A stretch of 63,133 nucleotides of DNA, filler included. It is 8 parts of 8 records of this genome, joined end to end, with 100 filler letters (N's around TTAATTAATTAA, not from the genome) between each part and the next. Parts side by side here need not be neighbours in the genome. Positions count along the whole stretch, not along the records: positions 37,714 to 44,311 come from SRR31147125_29567; positions 44,412 to 56,541 come from SRR31147125_29584; 6 more parts are not named here. The stretch is one strand, 5' to 3'. Positions 43,532 through 53,167 of this stretch are shown piece by piece. Position 1 is the first letter of the stretch. Every line of letters begins with the position of its first letter. The position numbers were made by a program, and so were the translations under genes. Below the pieces are notes generated by a model. That model was not told where the DNA came from. It searched no databases and was given only the letters and a program-made list of their open reading frames with translations.

Positions 43532-43929
43532 TGTAGGGTGTTATAAATAACACCCGTACAGGTAGCTTTAGAATTACAGAGTAAGAGGGAAACGAAAAGG
43601 TTTTGTTTTGTCCGAATATTCTACTTTTCCTCTCTTTTTTGAGTAAAAAGGAGAGATAGAGAGGAGTTTTGAAAGTTACTAGAATCAAATTCTTCTCTTG
43701 TGCATTTTAAAGTTAAAACGAAGCAATTTAACTTTGTTCTAAAAAATACTCTACTATTGGTTTCTCTTTTCCAAAGAGAAACCAATAGTAGAAATATCGA
43801 GTTAAAAGATTTTTCGGTCAACCTCTGCTTCAAAATTACTTTGCGTGTTCCTGATTCTTATATTACTAAAGGTTTAAAAATAAGTTGATTATTTTCTAAA
43901 ACAAAGCTGACTAGAGACGTGTCAACTTA
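43532..43929. repeat. Cluster of inverted repeats (REP-like palindrome, 20-bp perfect hairpin and others)
   Basis: GTAGGGTGTTAT-aa-ATAACACCC; TCTACTATTGGTTTCTCTTT-tcc-AAAGAGAAACCAATAGTAGA; AAAGTTAAA/TTTAACTTT; TAAGTTGA/TCAACTTA. Confidence 0.7.
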
Positions 43930-43952
43930 AAAAATTAAATAAGGTGATAGAA

Positions 43953-44311
43953 ATGAAAAAAAATAAAGGGTACTCTTTGGTTGAGGTTTTAGTTGCTTTT
44001 TCGATATTAACAGTTGCAATGATCCCTATACTATCAATGTACCCAATGATGTTTAAAATGAATAGAAAAGCAGGCACAAACGAGGAGTATGCTAGACTTA
44101 GTTTAACGATAATCGATTATATAAAGTCAAGAGGTTATAACAACCTTTTAAGTTATGATGGAACTAATGCCGAGAACGATAGCTTCAATATATTTAACTC
44201 TAGCGGAATTACCTATACTTTAACTGAGTCAGAAAATGGAGGAGGTTTTTCATCAACTGATTTTGAATCTAATTTTAGTATTCCTGCTGGTTTTTTTATA
44301 CTCAATTCAAA
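43953..44311 (+). CDS. Minor pilin (PilV-like), 3' truncated
   Basis: KG/YSLVEVLVAFSIL prepilin motif. Confidence 0.85.
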
Positions 44312-44411
44312 NNNNNNNNNNNNNNNNNNNNNNNNNNNNNNNNNNNNNNNNNNNNTTAATTAATTAANNNNNNNNNNNNNNNNNNNNNNNNNNNNNNNNN
44401 NNNNNNNNNNN
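44312..44411. other. Artificial contig linker
   Basis: N44-TTAATTAATTAA-N44. Confidence 0.99.
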
Positions 44412-45021
44412 AAAAATAATCATCAAAATGAATACCATCAATATCATATTGATTGATGATTTCATCAATTGTATTTAATATATGTCTTTTTACAGCTTCT
44501 TCAGCTGGATTTAAAATAAATTGTCCACGTTTATCCATCACAAGATACTCTGGATGTTTTTTTGCAAAATTTAAATCATCACAAGTCTTTAAATAGTCTT
44601 CCAGTGATAAATCTGATTGCATTGATACACGATATGGATTCAACCATGCATGAATACTTAAATGATGTTTTCTTGCTTGTTCAATCATATAAGCAAATGG
44701 ATCAAAAGCCATCTTTTGTCCTTCTACACCCACTAGATATCGACTTGATGGATTAATCTTTGATGGATAAAATGCATCATTGGTTGTTCTGATTTGAAAA
44801 AATATCGTGTTGATATTGTATGCAAGACATGTCTTGATGATTTCATGGACTTTTGCTTTATATTTTGATATATCCGTCATTTGTGGCATATCAATGTTTA
44901 GAACATTAGAAACCCAAAGACCATACATATCTTTTCTGATATGTAAAGGTTCAATTTCTATGTGTTTATGTGTTTCATAGTAGTAAATAGGTTCATTTGT
45001 TTTGTATTTAAATAATTTCAT
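44412..45021 (-). CDS. GHL10/DUF187 (YddW/DigH-like) glycoside hydrolase, 3' truncated
   Basis: GLWVSNVLNIDMP, NTIFFQIR, HAWLNPYR and YDIDGIHFDDYF motifs; no signal peptide. Confidence 0.88.
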
Positions 45022-45045
45022 GTTTTCTCCCTTTTATATAACTCA

Positions 45046-46173
45046 CTAATAATAATTAATTTGACCCAAAATTTTTCTTTTCTTCGCACCAGTTGCATTG
45101 ATAACATTTGATGGTTTACGTTTTAATGTATGATGTGCAAGCACTGCAAAGCTTACAGCTTCTTTAATGCTTGCAGGTATACCTAGGTCATCAATCGTTC
45201 TAACTGATATATCTTTAAGTTTTTTCTTGAGTTGTGAGAGCATATATAAGTTATATGCACCACCACCACATAAATATAATTCATCAATTGGATGTTCTTT
45301 ATATGTTTCTATCATCGAATCAATCGTGATCATAGTTAGCGTATGTATGATATCTTGTGATTCATTTTCTTTATACTTTTTAAGTAAACGATCCGTAAAA
45401 GCATCACCAAATAATTCTCTACCTGTTGTTTTAGGTGGTTCTTCTCTAAAAAATGGCATACCCATGATTTCATCATATAATGGTTTAATTAGTTTCCCTG
45501 AACTAGCGATTTCACCATTTTTATCATATGATTTTCCATACAATTGATAACATGCACGATCAATCATCATGTTGCCTGGTCCACTATCCCATGCACGAAC
45601 ATCTTTGAGTTTTAAAGATTTACTTAATATTGTTGTATTCGCAATACCACCAATGTTATGGATGGCTCTTACTTTTTCTTTACTAGAAAATAAAATATAA
45701 TCAACAAATGGAACAAGTGGTGCACCTTGTCCACCAGCGGCAATATCTGCAAGTCTAAAATTAGAGACCACAGTATTTTTACATACCTCCGATATCACTG
45801 CACCTTCACCAAGTTGCAAACTTGAACGAAGATAATCGTCATAATTATGAGGGATGTGATATATAGTTTGTCCATGTGAACTAATAAAAGAAATATCATA
45901 AGATAAAAGATTTTTATCTTTGATAAATTGGTTAACTGCATGACCAAACATATAGCCTAACTCAACATTAAGACTAGATAGTAGTGCACTATTCGATTGA
46001 TTGATATCCATGGCTAAATGTATTTTTTGTTTGATTTCATCATCAATCTTTAATGTATCATATGCAATCACTTCTACTTGTGTTTTTAAATTAATGCCTT
46101 CAATACTAATTAAGACAACATCAACACCATCTAATGATGTGCCACTCATTAAACCAATTCCATAAGTTTTCAT
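45046..46173 (-). CDS. anmK: Anhydro-N-acetylmuramic acid kinase
   Basis: IGLMSGTSLDGVD, SHGQTIYH, GGQGAPLVP, NIGGIAN, PPKTTGRE and KEA motifs. Confidence 0.96.
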   Translation of the reverse strand: MKTYGIGLMSGTSLDGVDVVLISIEGINLKTQVEVIAYDTLKIDDEIKQKIHLAMDINQSNSALLSSLNVELGYMFGHAVNQFIKDKNLLSYDISFISSHGQTIYHIPHNYDDYLRSSLQLGEGAVISEVCKNTVVSNFRLADIAAGGQGAPLVPFVDYILFSSKEKVRAIHNIGGIANTTILSKSLKLKDVRAWDSGPGNMMIDRACYQLYGKSYDKNGEIASSGKLIKPLYDEIMGMPFFREEPPKTTGRELFGDAFTDRLLKKYKENESQDIIHTLTMITIDSMIETYKEHPIDELYLCGGGAYNLYMLSQLKKKLKDISVRTIDDLGIPASIKEAVSFAVLAHHTLKRKPSNVINATGAKKRKILGQINYY

Positions 46174-46199
46174 ATATCTCACTCCATAATCATTATATA

Positions 46200-46213
46200 G
46201 GAATGCGCTTACA
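46200..46213 (-). promoter_or_regulatory. cre-like (CcpA/LacI) operator beside the anmK -10 box
   Basis: TGTAAGCGCATTCC on the minus strand, adjacent to TATAAT at 46192-46197. Confidence 0.55.
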
Positions 46214-46300
46214 AAAATAAGTAAAATGATGTATTCCGGTTGTTTTTTTCAAATATTAAAATTATCATACAGGTGTTTGAATAATTTTTTAGGTAAAGTA

Positions 46301-46340
46301 AAAAAATAAGCTTCATCTTGCTAGATTTAGCTTATTTTTT
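46301..46340 (-). terminator. Terminator after the ABC-F gene
   Basis: AAAAAATAAGCT...AGCTTATTTTTT inverted repeat. Confidence 0.7.
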
Positions 46341-46346
46341 AAGTCT

Positions 46347-47882
46347 TTATTGTAACTTTAATCCATTTTTATTAAGTATATATATATCATTAAAAACTTC
46401 TTCTATAAATGTTCTATCATGTGTGATGCAAATGATTGCACCTTTAAAATTTGATAACATCTCATATATAGTGGGTGTTGATAATGGTGATAAGTTTCTT
46501 GTAGGTTCATCTAGCAACAATACATTTGAACCTTCAAGTACAAATCTAAGTAACATAAGTTTAGCTTGTTGTCCTCCACTTAAGGATCTGATTGTTGCAT
46601 ACATCTCATCTGTTGTAAAATGAAGGGATCCTAGTATCTTTCTTGTTTTTGCTTCATCAAAGTTATCAATATGTGATGATAAATATGACAAAAGATGTTG
46701 ATCTAATATAGATGGATCAATTTGCTGTGGCATATAACCTATTTTTATGTTTTGATTACTTTGCATATGTTTATACATATCTTTAAGTAATGTTGATTTA
46801 CCCATACCATTTTTACCAATGACACATATTTTTTGAGGGCCTTTGATATATAATGATATATTTGATGCTAAAACTCGATCATTTATTTTTAATGTTTGAT
46901 GCTGATAATCTAGAATTAATTGATGATTACTAATTGATATAGTATCATCAAAAAATAGATCAATGGATTCTATATCTTCTGGTATATCTAAAAATGATGA
47001 TTTTTCTTGTTCTAATCTTTTCGATTGACTTTTTAAGTTTTTCATCTTTTTAGCAAGTTTACTCGCTATAGCAGGTGCTCTAACCACTTGATTTTGTTGA
47101 TATTGTACTTTTTCAAATATCTGTCTAAATTTCTTAACTTTTTGTTGATAGTCACTTCTTTGTTTCTTTGCAATCATCATTTGTGATTGAAACTTCATAT
47201 GCCTTAAATGCTGATAACTTTTATAATCTATTCTTTCAAAATAAGTGATTGCTCTTGTTTTTTTATGTGTTTGCACTAAATGGATGATACCATTTGCACA
47301 TGTTTCAATCAACCTTTCATCATGTGAAATAAATAAAACTGGTCTTTTCTCATGATTAATGAAATTTTCTAAGAATAATAGCGTTTCTATGTCTAAATCG
47401 TTAGTAGGCTCATCAAGACAAAGTATATCAGGATTATTCATGAGGATTTTAGCAAGTCTAATTTTTACAAGCTCACCACCGCTATAATGCTTCATGAGCT
47501 TATTTTCATCAAATGCAAGCATATCAAATTGCATTTCTTGAAGCAATTGATGAAATGCATGTAAATACCGATATTGTTCTATATCAATGGTATCTGATAA
47601 ATCACTTTTTAAGACAAAATCAATAAGAGAATAATCTAGATCATGATGATCGATAGATTGACTTAAATAGCCAATAAGATGTTTATGATGCGTTATATGA
47701 CCTTCAACTTCTACATACTCCATATATTTGTAGCAGATAGCTTTGATCAAAGATGATTTACCACTACCTTCCATCCCTATAATGACGAATTTATCGCCTT
47801 TATTTAAAACAAAGGATAAATCATTGATTAATGTTCGTTCTTCGTTTATTTTGCTTATATTTAAATGTTTTACTTCTAACAT
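46347..47882 (-). CDS. ABC-F family ribosome-associated ATPase
   Basis: Two NBDs (GMEGSGKS/YSGGE/LDEPTN and GKNGMGKST/LSGGQ/LDEPT), helical linker, no TM segments. Confidence 0.9.
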   Translation of the reverse strand: MLEVKHLNISKINEERTLINDLSFVLNKGDKFVIIGMEGSGKSSLIKAICYKYMEYVEVEGHITHHKHLIGYLSQSIDHHDLDYSLIDFVLKSDLSDTIDIEQYRYLHAFHQLLQEMQFDMLAFDENKLMKHYSGGELVKIRLAKILMNNPDILCLDEPTNDLDIETLLFLENFINHEKRPVLFISHDERLIETCANGIIHLVQTHKKTRAITYFERIDYKSYQHLRHMKFQSQMMIAKKQRSDYQQKVKKFRQIFEKVQYQQNQVVRAPAIASKLAKKMKNLKSQSKRLEQEKSSFLDIPEDIESIDLFFDDTISISNHQLILDYQHQTLKINDRVLASNISLYIKGPQKICVIGKNGMGKSTLLKDMYKHMQSNQNIKIGYMPQQIDPSILDQHLLSYLSSHIDNFDEAKTRKILGSLHFTTDEMYATIRSLSGGQQAKLMLLRFVLEGSNVLLLDEPTRNLSPLSTPTIYEMLSNFKGAIICITHDRTFIEEVFNDIYILNKNGLKLQ

Positions 47883-47911
47883 GTGTTCTCCTATTTTAAC
47901 ATGTGTTTAAT

Positions 47912-47975
47912 GTCAAAAAAAGATTTCAGATTTTCTTTTTTTGACTAATGATTTTTGTTCATCTTTCCACCTCTT
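47912..47975 (-). promoter_or_regulatory. Leader uORF (MNKNH*, 47945-47962) with hairpin; candidate attenuator
   Basis: RBS AGAGGTGG; ATGAACAAAAATCATTAG; 12-bp stem GTCAAAAAAAGA/TCTTTTTTTGAC overlapping the stop codon. Confidence 0.6.
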
Positions 47976-48052
47976 TCTAAAATATATTACCATATATATT
48001 AAGTATATTAAAACAAAAAAAGACAAACAGAACGATGTCTATTTGTCTTGAT

Positions 48053-48721
48053 TTATAAATTAATGCGGTTGAAAATTAAATCTAGATAATCTTTATCATA
48101 ATTTTTTTCTAATTTTTTATATGCATCTAATAAATATGGAGGTCTTCTATCAATACCGTGTGTATCGGTTGCAACCACATCAATCAATTTGTTTTTGATT
48201 AAGTATTTGACAACTTTTTTATCAGCATATTTAGATTTACCAATAATCGATGTGGCGTTAACTTGAAGTAACGCACCAGTATGTCTGATTTTTTGATAAT
48301 CATCTTTATTTAGGTATTGATATCTTTCAACATGAGCAACAATCACTTGATATCCTTGTGCTTGTAAATCAAAGACAACTGCTTCAATGTCATGTGCATG
48401 TGTCATTGAAAACTCAAGTAAAATAATATTTGTGTCCTCAAAAGTAAATTCATCATAATTAATATCTACATGTGACCGATAATATATCTCAGCACCAAGT
48501 ATGAGGTTAATATTTAAATGAGAAGTTGCTTCTTTTAGTTTTTGAAACTGCTTAAGATGAAATGATCTTGACTTATCTTGTTCTTTAGAAAACACATGTG
48601 GTGTACACACAATATGTGTGACACCTTGTGAGATTTCTAGTTCAATCATTTTTATTGATTCATCAAATGACTTTGATCCATCATCAACTAAAGGTAATAT
48701 ATGTGAGTGAATATCGATCAT
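48053..48721 (-). CDS. cpsB: PHP-family tyrosine phosphatase (CpsB/CapC)
   Basis: MIDIHSHILP.VDDG, TPH, AHVERY and TDTH motifs. Confidence 0.93.
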   Translation of the reverse strand: MIDIHSHILPLVDDGSKSFDESIKMIELEISQGVTHIVCTPHVFSKEQDKSRSFHLKQFQKLKEATSHLNINLILGAEIYYRSHVDINYDEFTFEDTNIILLEFSMTHAHDIEAVVFDLQAQGYQVIVAHVERYQYLNKDDYQKIRHTGALLQVNATSIIGKSKYADKKVVKYLIKNKLIDVVATDTHGIDRRPPYLLDAYKKLEKNYDKDYLDLIFNRINL

Positions 48722-49464
48722 TTTTTCTCATCATAATATGAGTAATTTTGTCTATATCCATATCCTGCCTGTCCCATTTTTACTTGGTTAAACACGATAC
48801 CAATAATATTTACATCATATTTTTTAAGTGTTGCAATAGATTCTCTCACAAGTTTTTTCTTAGCTTTTCCTTGTGCAACAATAAATAATATACCATCAGC
48901 ATATCTAGAAACAACGATAGCATCAGATACAGCCATCACTGGTGGCGTATCAAGTAAGACATAATCATATGTTTCTTTAAGTGTAGCAATAAGTTCTTTC
49001 ATTTTATTTGATTCTAAGACATTTGTCACAAGTGATGTTTGTTCACCAGCAACCATATAATCAATACCGATTTCATCGGAATGTTTAATGGCTTTATCTA
49101 ATGTTATTTTTGCTGATACATAATCTGTAATACCATTTTTATTCGGTACAGAAAATGCACGATTAATCTTAGGTTTTCTAAGATCTAAATCTAATAAAAT
49201 GACTTTTTTCTCTTTTTTACCTAAAAGATATGCAATATTAGAGATGAATGTTGATTTACCTTCTGATGGGAGTGTTGATGTAAATTGTAGTACTTGATGT
49301 TCATTATCAACATTTGCATAATCAAGATCAATGACGATCTTTTGAAACGATTCTGTTGCAAAAGATAAAGGTTCATTTTTAGTAATTAAATAATCATATT
49401 TTTCAATACGTTGCTTACCATTGATGAGTTTATCAATCGCAGCTTGCTTATTTTCTTTCGCCAT
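48718..49464 (-). CDS. cpsD: BY-kinase (CpsD/CapB)
   Basis: EGKST, DLDLRKP and DTPP motifs; C-terminal Tyr cluster. Confidence 0.93.
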   Translation of the reverse strand: MAKENKQAAIDKLINGKQRIEKYDYLITKNEPLSFATESFQKIVIDLDYANVDNEHQVLQFTSTLPSEGKSTFISNIAYLLGKKEKKVILLDLDLRKPKINRAFSVPNKNGITDYVSAKITLDKAIKHSDEIGIDYMVAGEQTSLVTNVLESNKMKELIATLKETYDYVLLDTPPVMAVSDAIVVSRYADGILFIVAQGKAKKKLVRESIATLKKYDVNIIGIVFNQVKMGQAGYGYRQNYSYYDEKK

Positions 49465-49465
49465 T

Positions 49466-50179
49466 TTAGAAATCCTCCTTAATCACAAATTCAGGAATAA
49501 CGCCTAAAATTTCGATATCAAATTCTGATTCTAATTGCTCTTTTGTTTTAAATGAATTGTTAATCATTTCTCTAATAAATGCAATCGCTACACCTATAAT
49601 TCCACCGAGCATAATACCGATTATGACATACAGTGCTTTATTAGGTCCAGCATAAGTGCTTTCATTTGTATTAATAGGCACTAAGTTAATTGTATCAGGA
49701 AGAAAGTCAACTGTTGGATCATCAGATGTCTGATTTGCAATCACGACACTTGCAACTTCATTAACGACATCTTGTGTAACACTTGGATTACTATCTTCAT
49801 ATTTAATATTGATACGATATGAATCACTACTTGCAGTTATTTCAAGCTTAGATTGAAAACTACTAGTTGATACATCTAAATCAAGATTATCAATCACAGT
49901 ATCAGCAATAAGATCTGATTCTATATATTCTGCAATAGTTGTGATTAAATATCTTGCAATACTATAATCTGTTGATGATGCATTTTCATCTTCGGTAACT
50001 GGTGTAATATAAACATCAACACTTGATTCATAAGTTTCTGTTGCTATGGCAAATGCATATATACCTGCAATAATTCCTATAAATAATGTCGATATAACAA
50101 TTGTTCTTATATAGTTTAATAACATATAAAAAATATCTGTTAAACTAAATTCATTTTGTGATAAATTTTGATTATCCAT
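49466..50179 (-). CDS. cpsC: Polysaccharide co-polymerase / BY-kinase activator (CpsC/CapA, Wzz-like)
   Basis: Two TMs flanking an extracellular loop; PN motif; C-terminal ILGVIP. Confidence 0.88.
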   Translation of the reverse strand: MDNQNLSQNEFSLTDIFYMLLNYIRTIVISTLFIGIIAGIYAFAIATETYESSVDVYITPVTEDENASSTDYSIARYLITTIAEYIESDLIADTVIDNLDLDVSTSSFQSKLEITASSDSYRINIKYEDSNPSVTQDVVNEVASVVIANQTSDDPTVDFLPDTINLVPINTNESTYAGPNKALYVIIGIMLGGIIGVAIAFIREMINNSFKTKEQLESEFDIEILGVIPEFVIKEDF

Positions 50180-50455
50180 AAAGCCTCCAAATATTTAAGT
50201 AATAATTACCTTAATTATAACATATTTACTATAATCTCATAAGCATATTCGAAAATTTGATTCATAAATTAATTATTAAATTTCTTAATAAAATAAACCG
50301 AGTCTTAAATAGAGTATTCATTAAGTGGCAGTTTATTTCTTATTTGCCTAACAACTACTAAATATGTGTTTACTATTATTAACAAACACTAGATATTTTA
50401 TCAGGAATTGTACTGTTTTAATAGTTTGTCATTAAGTATGTATATAATATTTCAT

Positions 50456-51613
50456 TTAATCAATAAACACTTTGCTTGGTTTTACTTTATATAGATTTAA
50501 TATACGAATAATTTGCTTATTACCATGCACAGATTTTAGTGTTTCAAATCCAAAATATGCACTTGTATGTTCTAGCAGAGTATCGTCTGGATGCATCTTA
50601 AAAATCATATAAGATTTTCTTAAAAATAATGCATTTTTTATGAAGTGAATAAAAACACTTTTTAATATCTTTTGATTTCTAAATGCTTTTTTAATAAATA
50701 AAGTATTAAATAAAATCACTTCATCTTTCATAAAATCTTTTGTTAGATAATCATTGGGTATATATTTAGCATCTAATAAATTAGCAAAACCAATGAGTTG
50801 TGCATCACTATCTTTTGTATAAATACATAAATTGAAATTATTAAAATCATTTAACCAAGTCTCAAAAGAATTAACTTCTGCTATTTTGAAAAAAGGTTTA
50901 TCACTAAGTTGTTTATATACTTCATTTTGCAAAGTCACAACTTCTGGTAAACTTTGATAATTAAGCGGTTTGAATTCAAAAGGCCCATAAGTCAAATCAT
51001 AATAACTAGAAAGGCAAAAGCCTTTGTCTTGTCGTTTTTTATGATTTAGGATTTTATAGTTTCGCCATGCATGATGTAGTTCATAAATATTTCTATAGTG
51101 ATGTTTATATGTTGCGATTTTAATATCTTGGATCACAGGATTATCAGCTGCTTCGAAAAAACGTAATGTGAAAAGTTCATCAATAATAGAAATATCAATG
51201 ATTTTACGTTTAATAAGTAAGTTCATTGTTTCAAAAAAAGTAAAATACGGCATGAGTTTAAAATTTTCATCATCATTGATATATAAATATTTTTGTTTTT
51301 CTTCATTACTTTTTGCTAAAAAGTATTTTTCGTTAATGATAGGATCAGATTTTCTCACAACTTTACTAGCATCTTGTATGGATTGATTCGAATTAAAGTT
51401 TTCATTGAGTGTTAAAATAAAATTAGCTTCTTCTAAATCTCGAGAACGTCTAAATTCAAGCCATATATAATATGCACCAATAATTGCTGTCATGACAGTT
51501 ATAATGTCAAAAATTAAACTATAAAAGTCAAAAATTAAGCTAATTGAAAACAAAATAATAAATATAAATAATACTAGAGAGACTCTTAATAATAGATGAC
51601 GCTTGTGTTTCAT
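50456..51613 (-). CDS. Hypothetical membrane protein: 2 TM + DUF4760-like helical domain + GNAT-like C-terminus
   Basis: YFTFFETMNLLIKRKIIDISII..LF; C-terminal LIGFA, FIKKAFRNQKI, HPDD and FGF. Confidence 0.55.
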   Translation of the reverse strand: MKHKRHLLLRVSLVLFIFIILFSISLIFDFYSLIFDIITVMTAIIGAYYIWLEFRRSRDLEEANFILTLNENFNSNQSIQDASKVVRKSDPIINEKYFLAKSNEEKQKYLYINDDENFKLMPYFTFFETMNLLIKRKIIDISIIDELFTLRFFEAADNPVIQDIKIATYKHHYRNIYELHHAWRNYKILNHKKRQDKGFCLSSYYDLTYGPFEFKPLNYQSLPEVVTLQNEVYKQLSDKPFFKIAEVNSFETWLNDFNNFNLCIYTKDSDAQLIGFANLLDAKYIPNDYLTKDFMKDEVILFNTLFIKKAFRNQKILKSVFIHFIKNALFLRKSYMIFKMHPDDTLLEHTSAYFGFETLKSVHGNKQIIRILNLYKVKPSKVFID

Positions 51614-51734
51614 TAGATTTACCCCATTGTCTAGTTTATATTTTGTGTCTTATAAAATTGTGATTACTTATAATTTAATTCTATATGAAGTTATCATATA
51701 ATGCAATATTGAATATGTTTTACATGCACATAAT

Positions 51735-51761
51735 AAAAAACGTGAAATTATTCACGTTTTT
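51735..51761 (-). terminator. Terminator of the glm operon
   Basis: AAAAACGTGAA-atta-TTCACGTTTTT. Confidence 0.75.
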
Positions 51762-51780
51762 ATTTAAGATGTATAAATAT

Positions 51781-53163
51781 CTATTTCTTTTCAGCTTTAG
51801 GTTTAATTAAATTTCTATAATAGTCATCTTTATTGATTTGTTGACCACGTTCTATAGTTAGAGACCCTTTAGGAACATCTTGTGTAACTGTTGACCCAGC
51901 AGCAATAAATACTTCATCACTAATATTAAGTGGTGCAACCATATTTACATTACATCCAATAAATACATCATCACCAATCTTTGTCTTGTGTTTATTGACA
52001 CCATCATAATTGACAGTAATAGATCCACAACCAAAGTTTACACGAGAGCCAACTGTTGCATCACCGATATAAGATAAATGCGCAGCTTTTGTACCTTCTC
52101 CTGTTTGAGAGTTCTTCACTTCAACAAAGTTACCAATACGATTGTGTGCACCAATGTTTGCCTCATTTCTTAAATGAGCAAATGGTCCTACTGTTGTGTG
52201 TGCACCAACAGTTGAGTCATAGATCAGCGAATGCTTAATTTCACAATATTCATCTATGTTACCATTATGAATTTCTGTGTTTGGTCCAACAATTGAACCA
52301 GATCTAATTGTTGAATTACCAGTGATTGTTGTATTAGGCATAATCGTTACACCTGTCTCAATAATCACATTATGTCCTATTGTTATTGTATTCGGTGCAA
52401 CCATTTGAACACCCGCTAGCATATGACCTTTATTAATTTCATCTCTTAAGTATCGCTCTGCGATACTTACAGAGTACAAGTCATTAACACCCATCATCAG
52501 ATGTGCATCATAGACAGTAAATGCCCCAACTTTATAGTCATGCTTCATTAAAGATACAATATCAGTTAAATAATATTCACCTTTACGTTCATTCATTTTG
52601 ATTTGTTTTAATACTTTAAATAATACTTTATTATTAACAACGTAAACGCCTGAGTTTACTTCATTAATTCTTTTTTGCTCATCTGAACAATCTTTATCTT
52701 CAATGATTGCAGATACCATACCGTATTTATCTCTTAAGATACGTCCATAAGATTTTGGATTATCAAAAGTCATGGATACAACAGTAAGATCGTTACCCAT
52801 TTGTTCATGAGCATTTAATATTTTATTTGTTAATTTAACAGGCATTAAAGGCATATCTCCTGGAATAATCAATGTCACACCTTCTTTATCAGCAAGTAAT
52901 GACTCAGCTGAAAGTGCTGCATGACCTGTCCCAAGCATTTCTTTTTGTTCTGCATATTGAACTCTATCTTTTAAAATATCCATTAATACTTCTTTTTTAT
53001 GTCCAACAACGACAACTGTTTCATCAATATCACTTCGTTCAAGTCGTTCTACAATATATGATATCATCGGTTTCTTTAAAATAGGATATGCACATTTTGG
53101 TAATTCTGTTTTCATTCTTGTGCCTTTGCCGGCTGCTAATACTAGTCCATAAATTTTTTTCAT
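51781..53163 (-). CDS. glmU: Bifunctional UDP-GlcNAc pyrophosphorylase / GlcN-1-P acetyltransferase
   Basis: LAAGKGTRMK, EYYLTD, GPFAHLR, GNFVEVK and HLSYIGDA motifs. Confidence 0.97.
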   Translation of the reverse strand: MKKIYGLVLAAGKGTRMKTELPKCAYPILKKPMISYIVERLERSDIDETVVVVGHKKEVLMDILKDRVQYAEQKEMLGTGHAALSAESLLADKEGVTLIIPGDMPLMPVKLTNKILNAHEQMGNDLTVVSMTFDNPKSYGRILRDKYGMVSAIIEDKDCSDEQKRINEVNSGVYVVNNKVLFKVLKQIKMNERKGEYYLTDIVSLMKHDYKVGAFTVYDAHLMMGVNDLYSVSIAERYLRDEINKGHMLAGVQMVAPNTITIGHNVIIETGVTIMPNTTITGNSTIRSGSIVGPNTEIHNGNIDEYCEIKHSLIYDSTVGAHTTVGPFAHLRNEANIGAHNRIGNFVEVKNSQTGEGTKAAHLSYIGDATVGSRVNFGCGSITVNYDGVNKHKTKIGDDVFIGCNVNMVAPLNISDEVFIAAGSTVTQDVPKGSLTIERGQQINKDDYYRNLIKPKAEKK

Positions 53164-53167
53164 AAGT

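Noticed and set aside
43476-43888. Three short ORFs (62-70 aa) in the pilD intergenic region
   Set aside because: No RBS or motifs; they overlap hairpins that explain the sequence better
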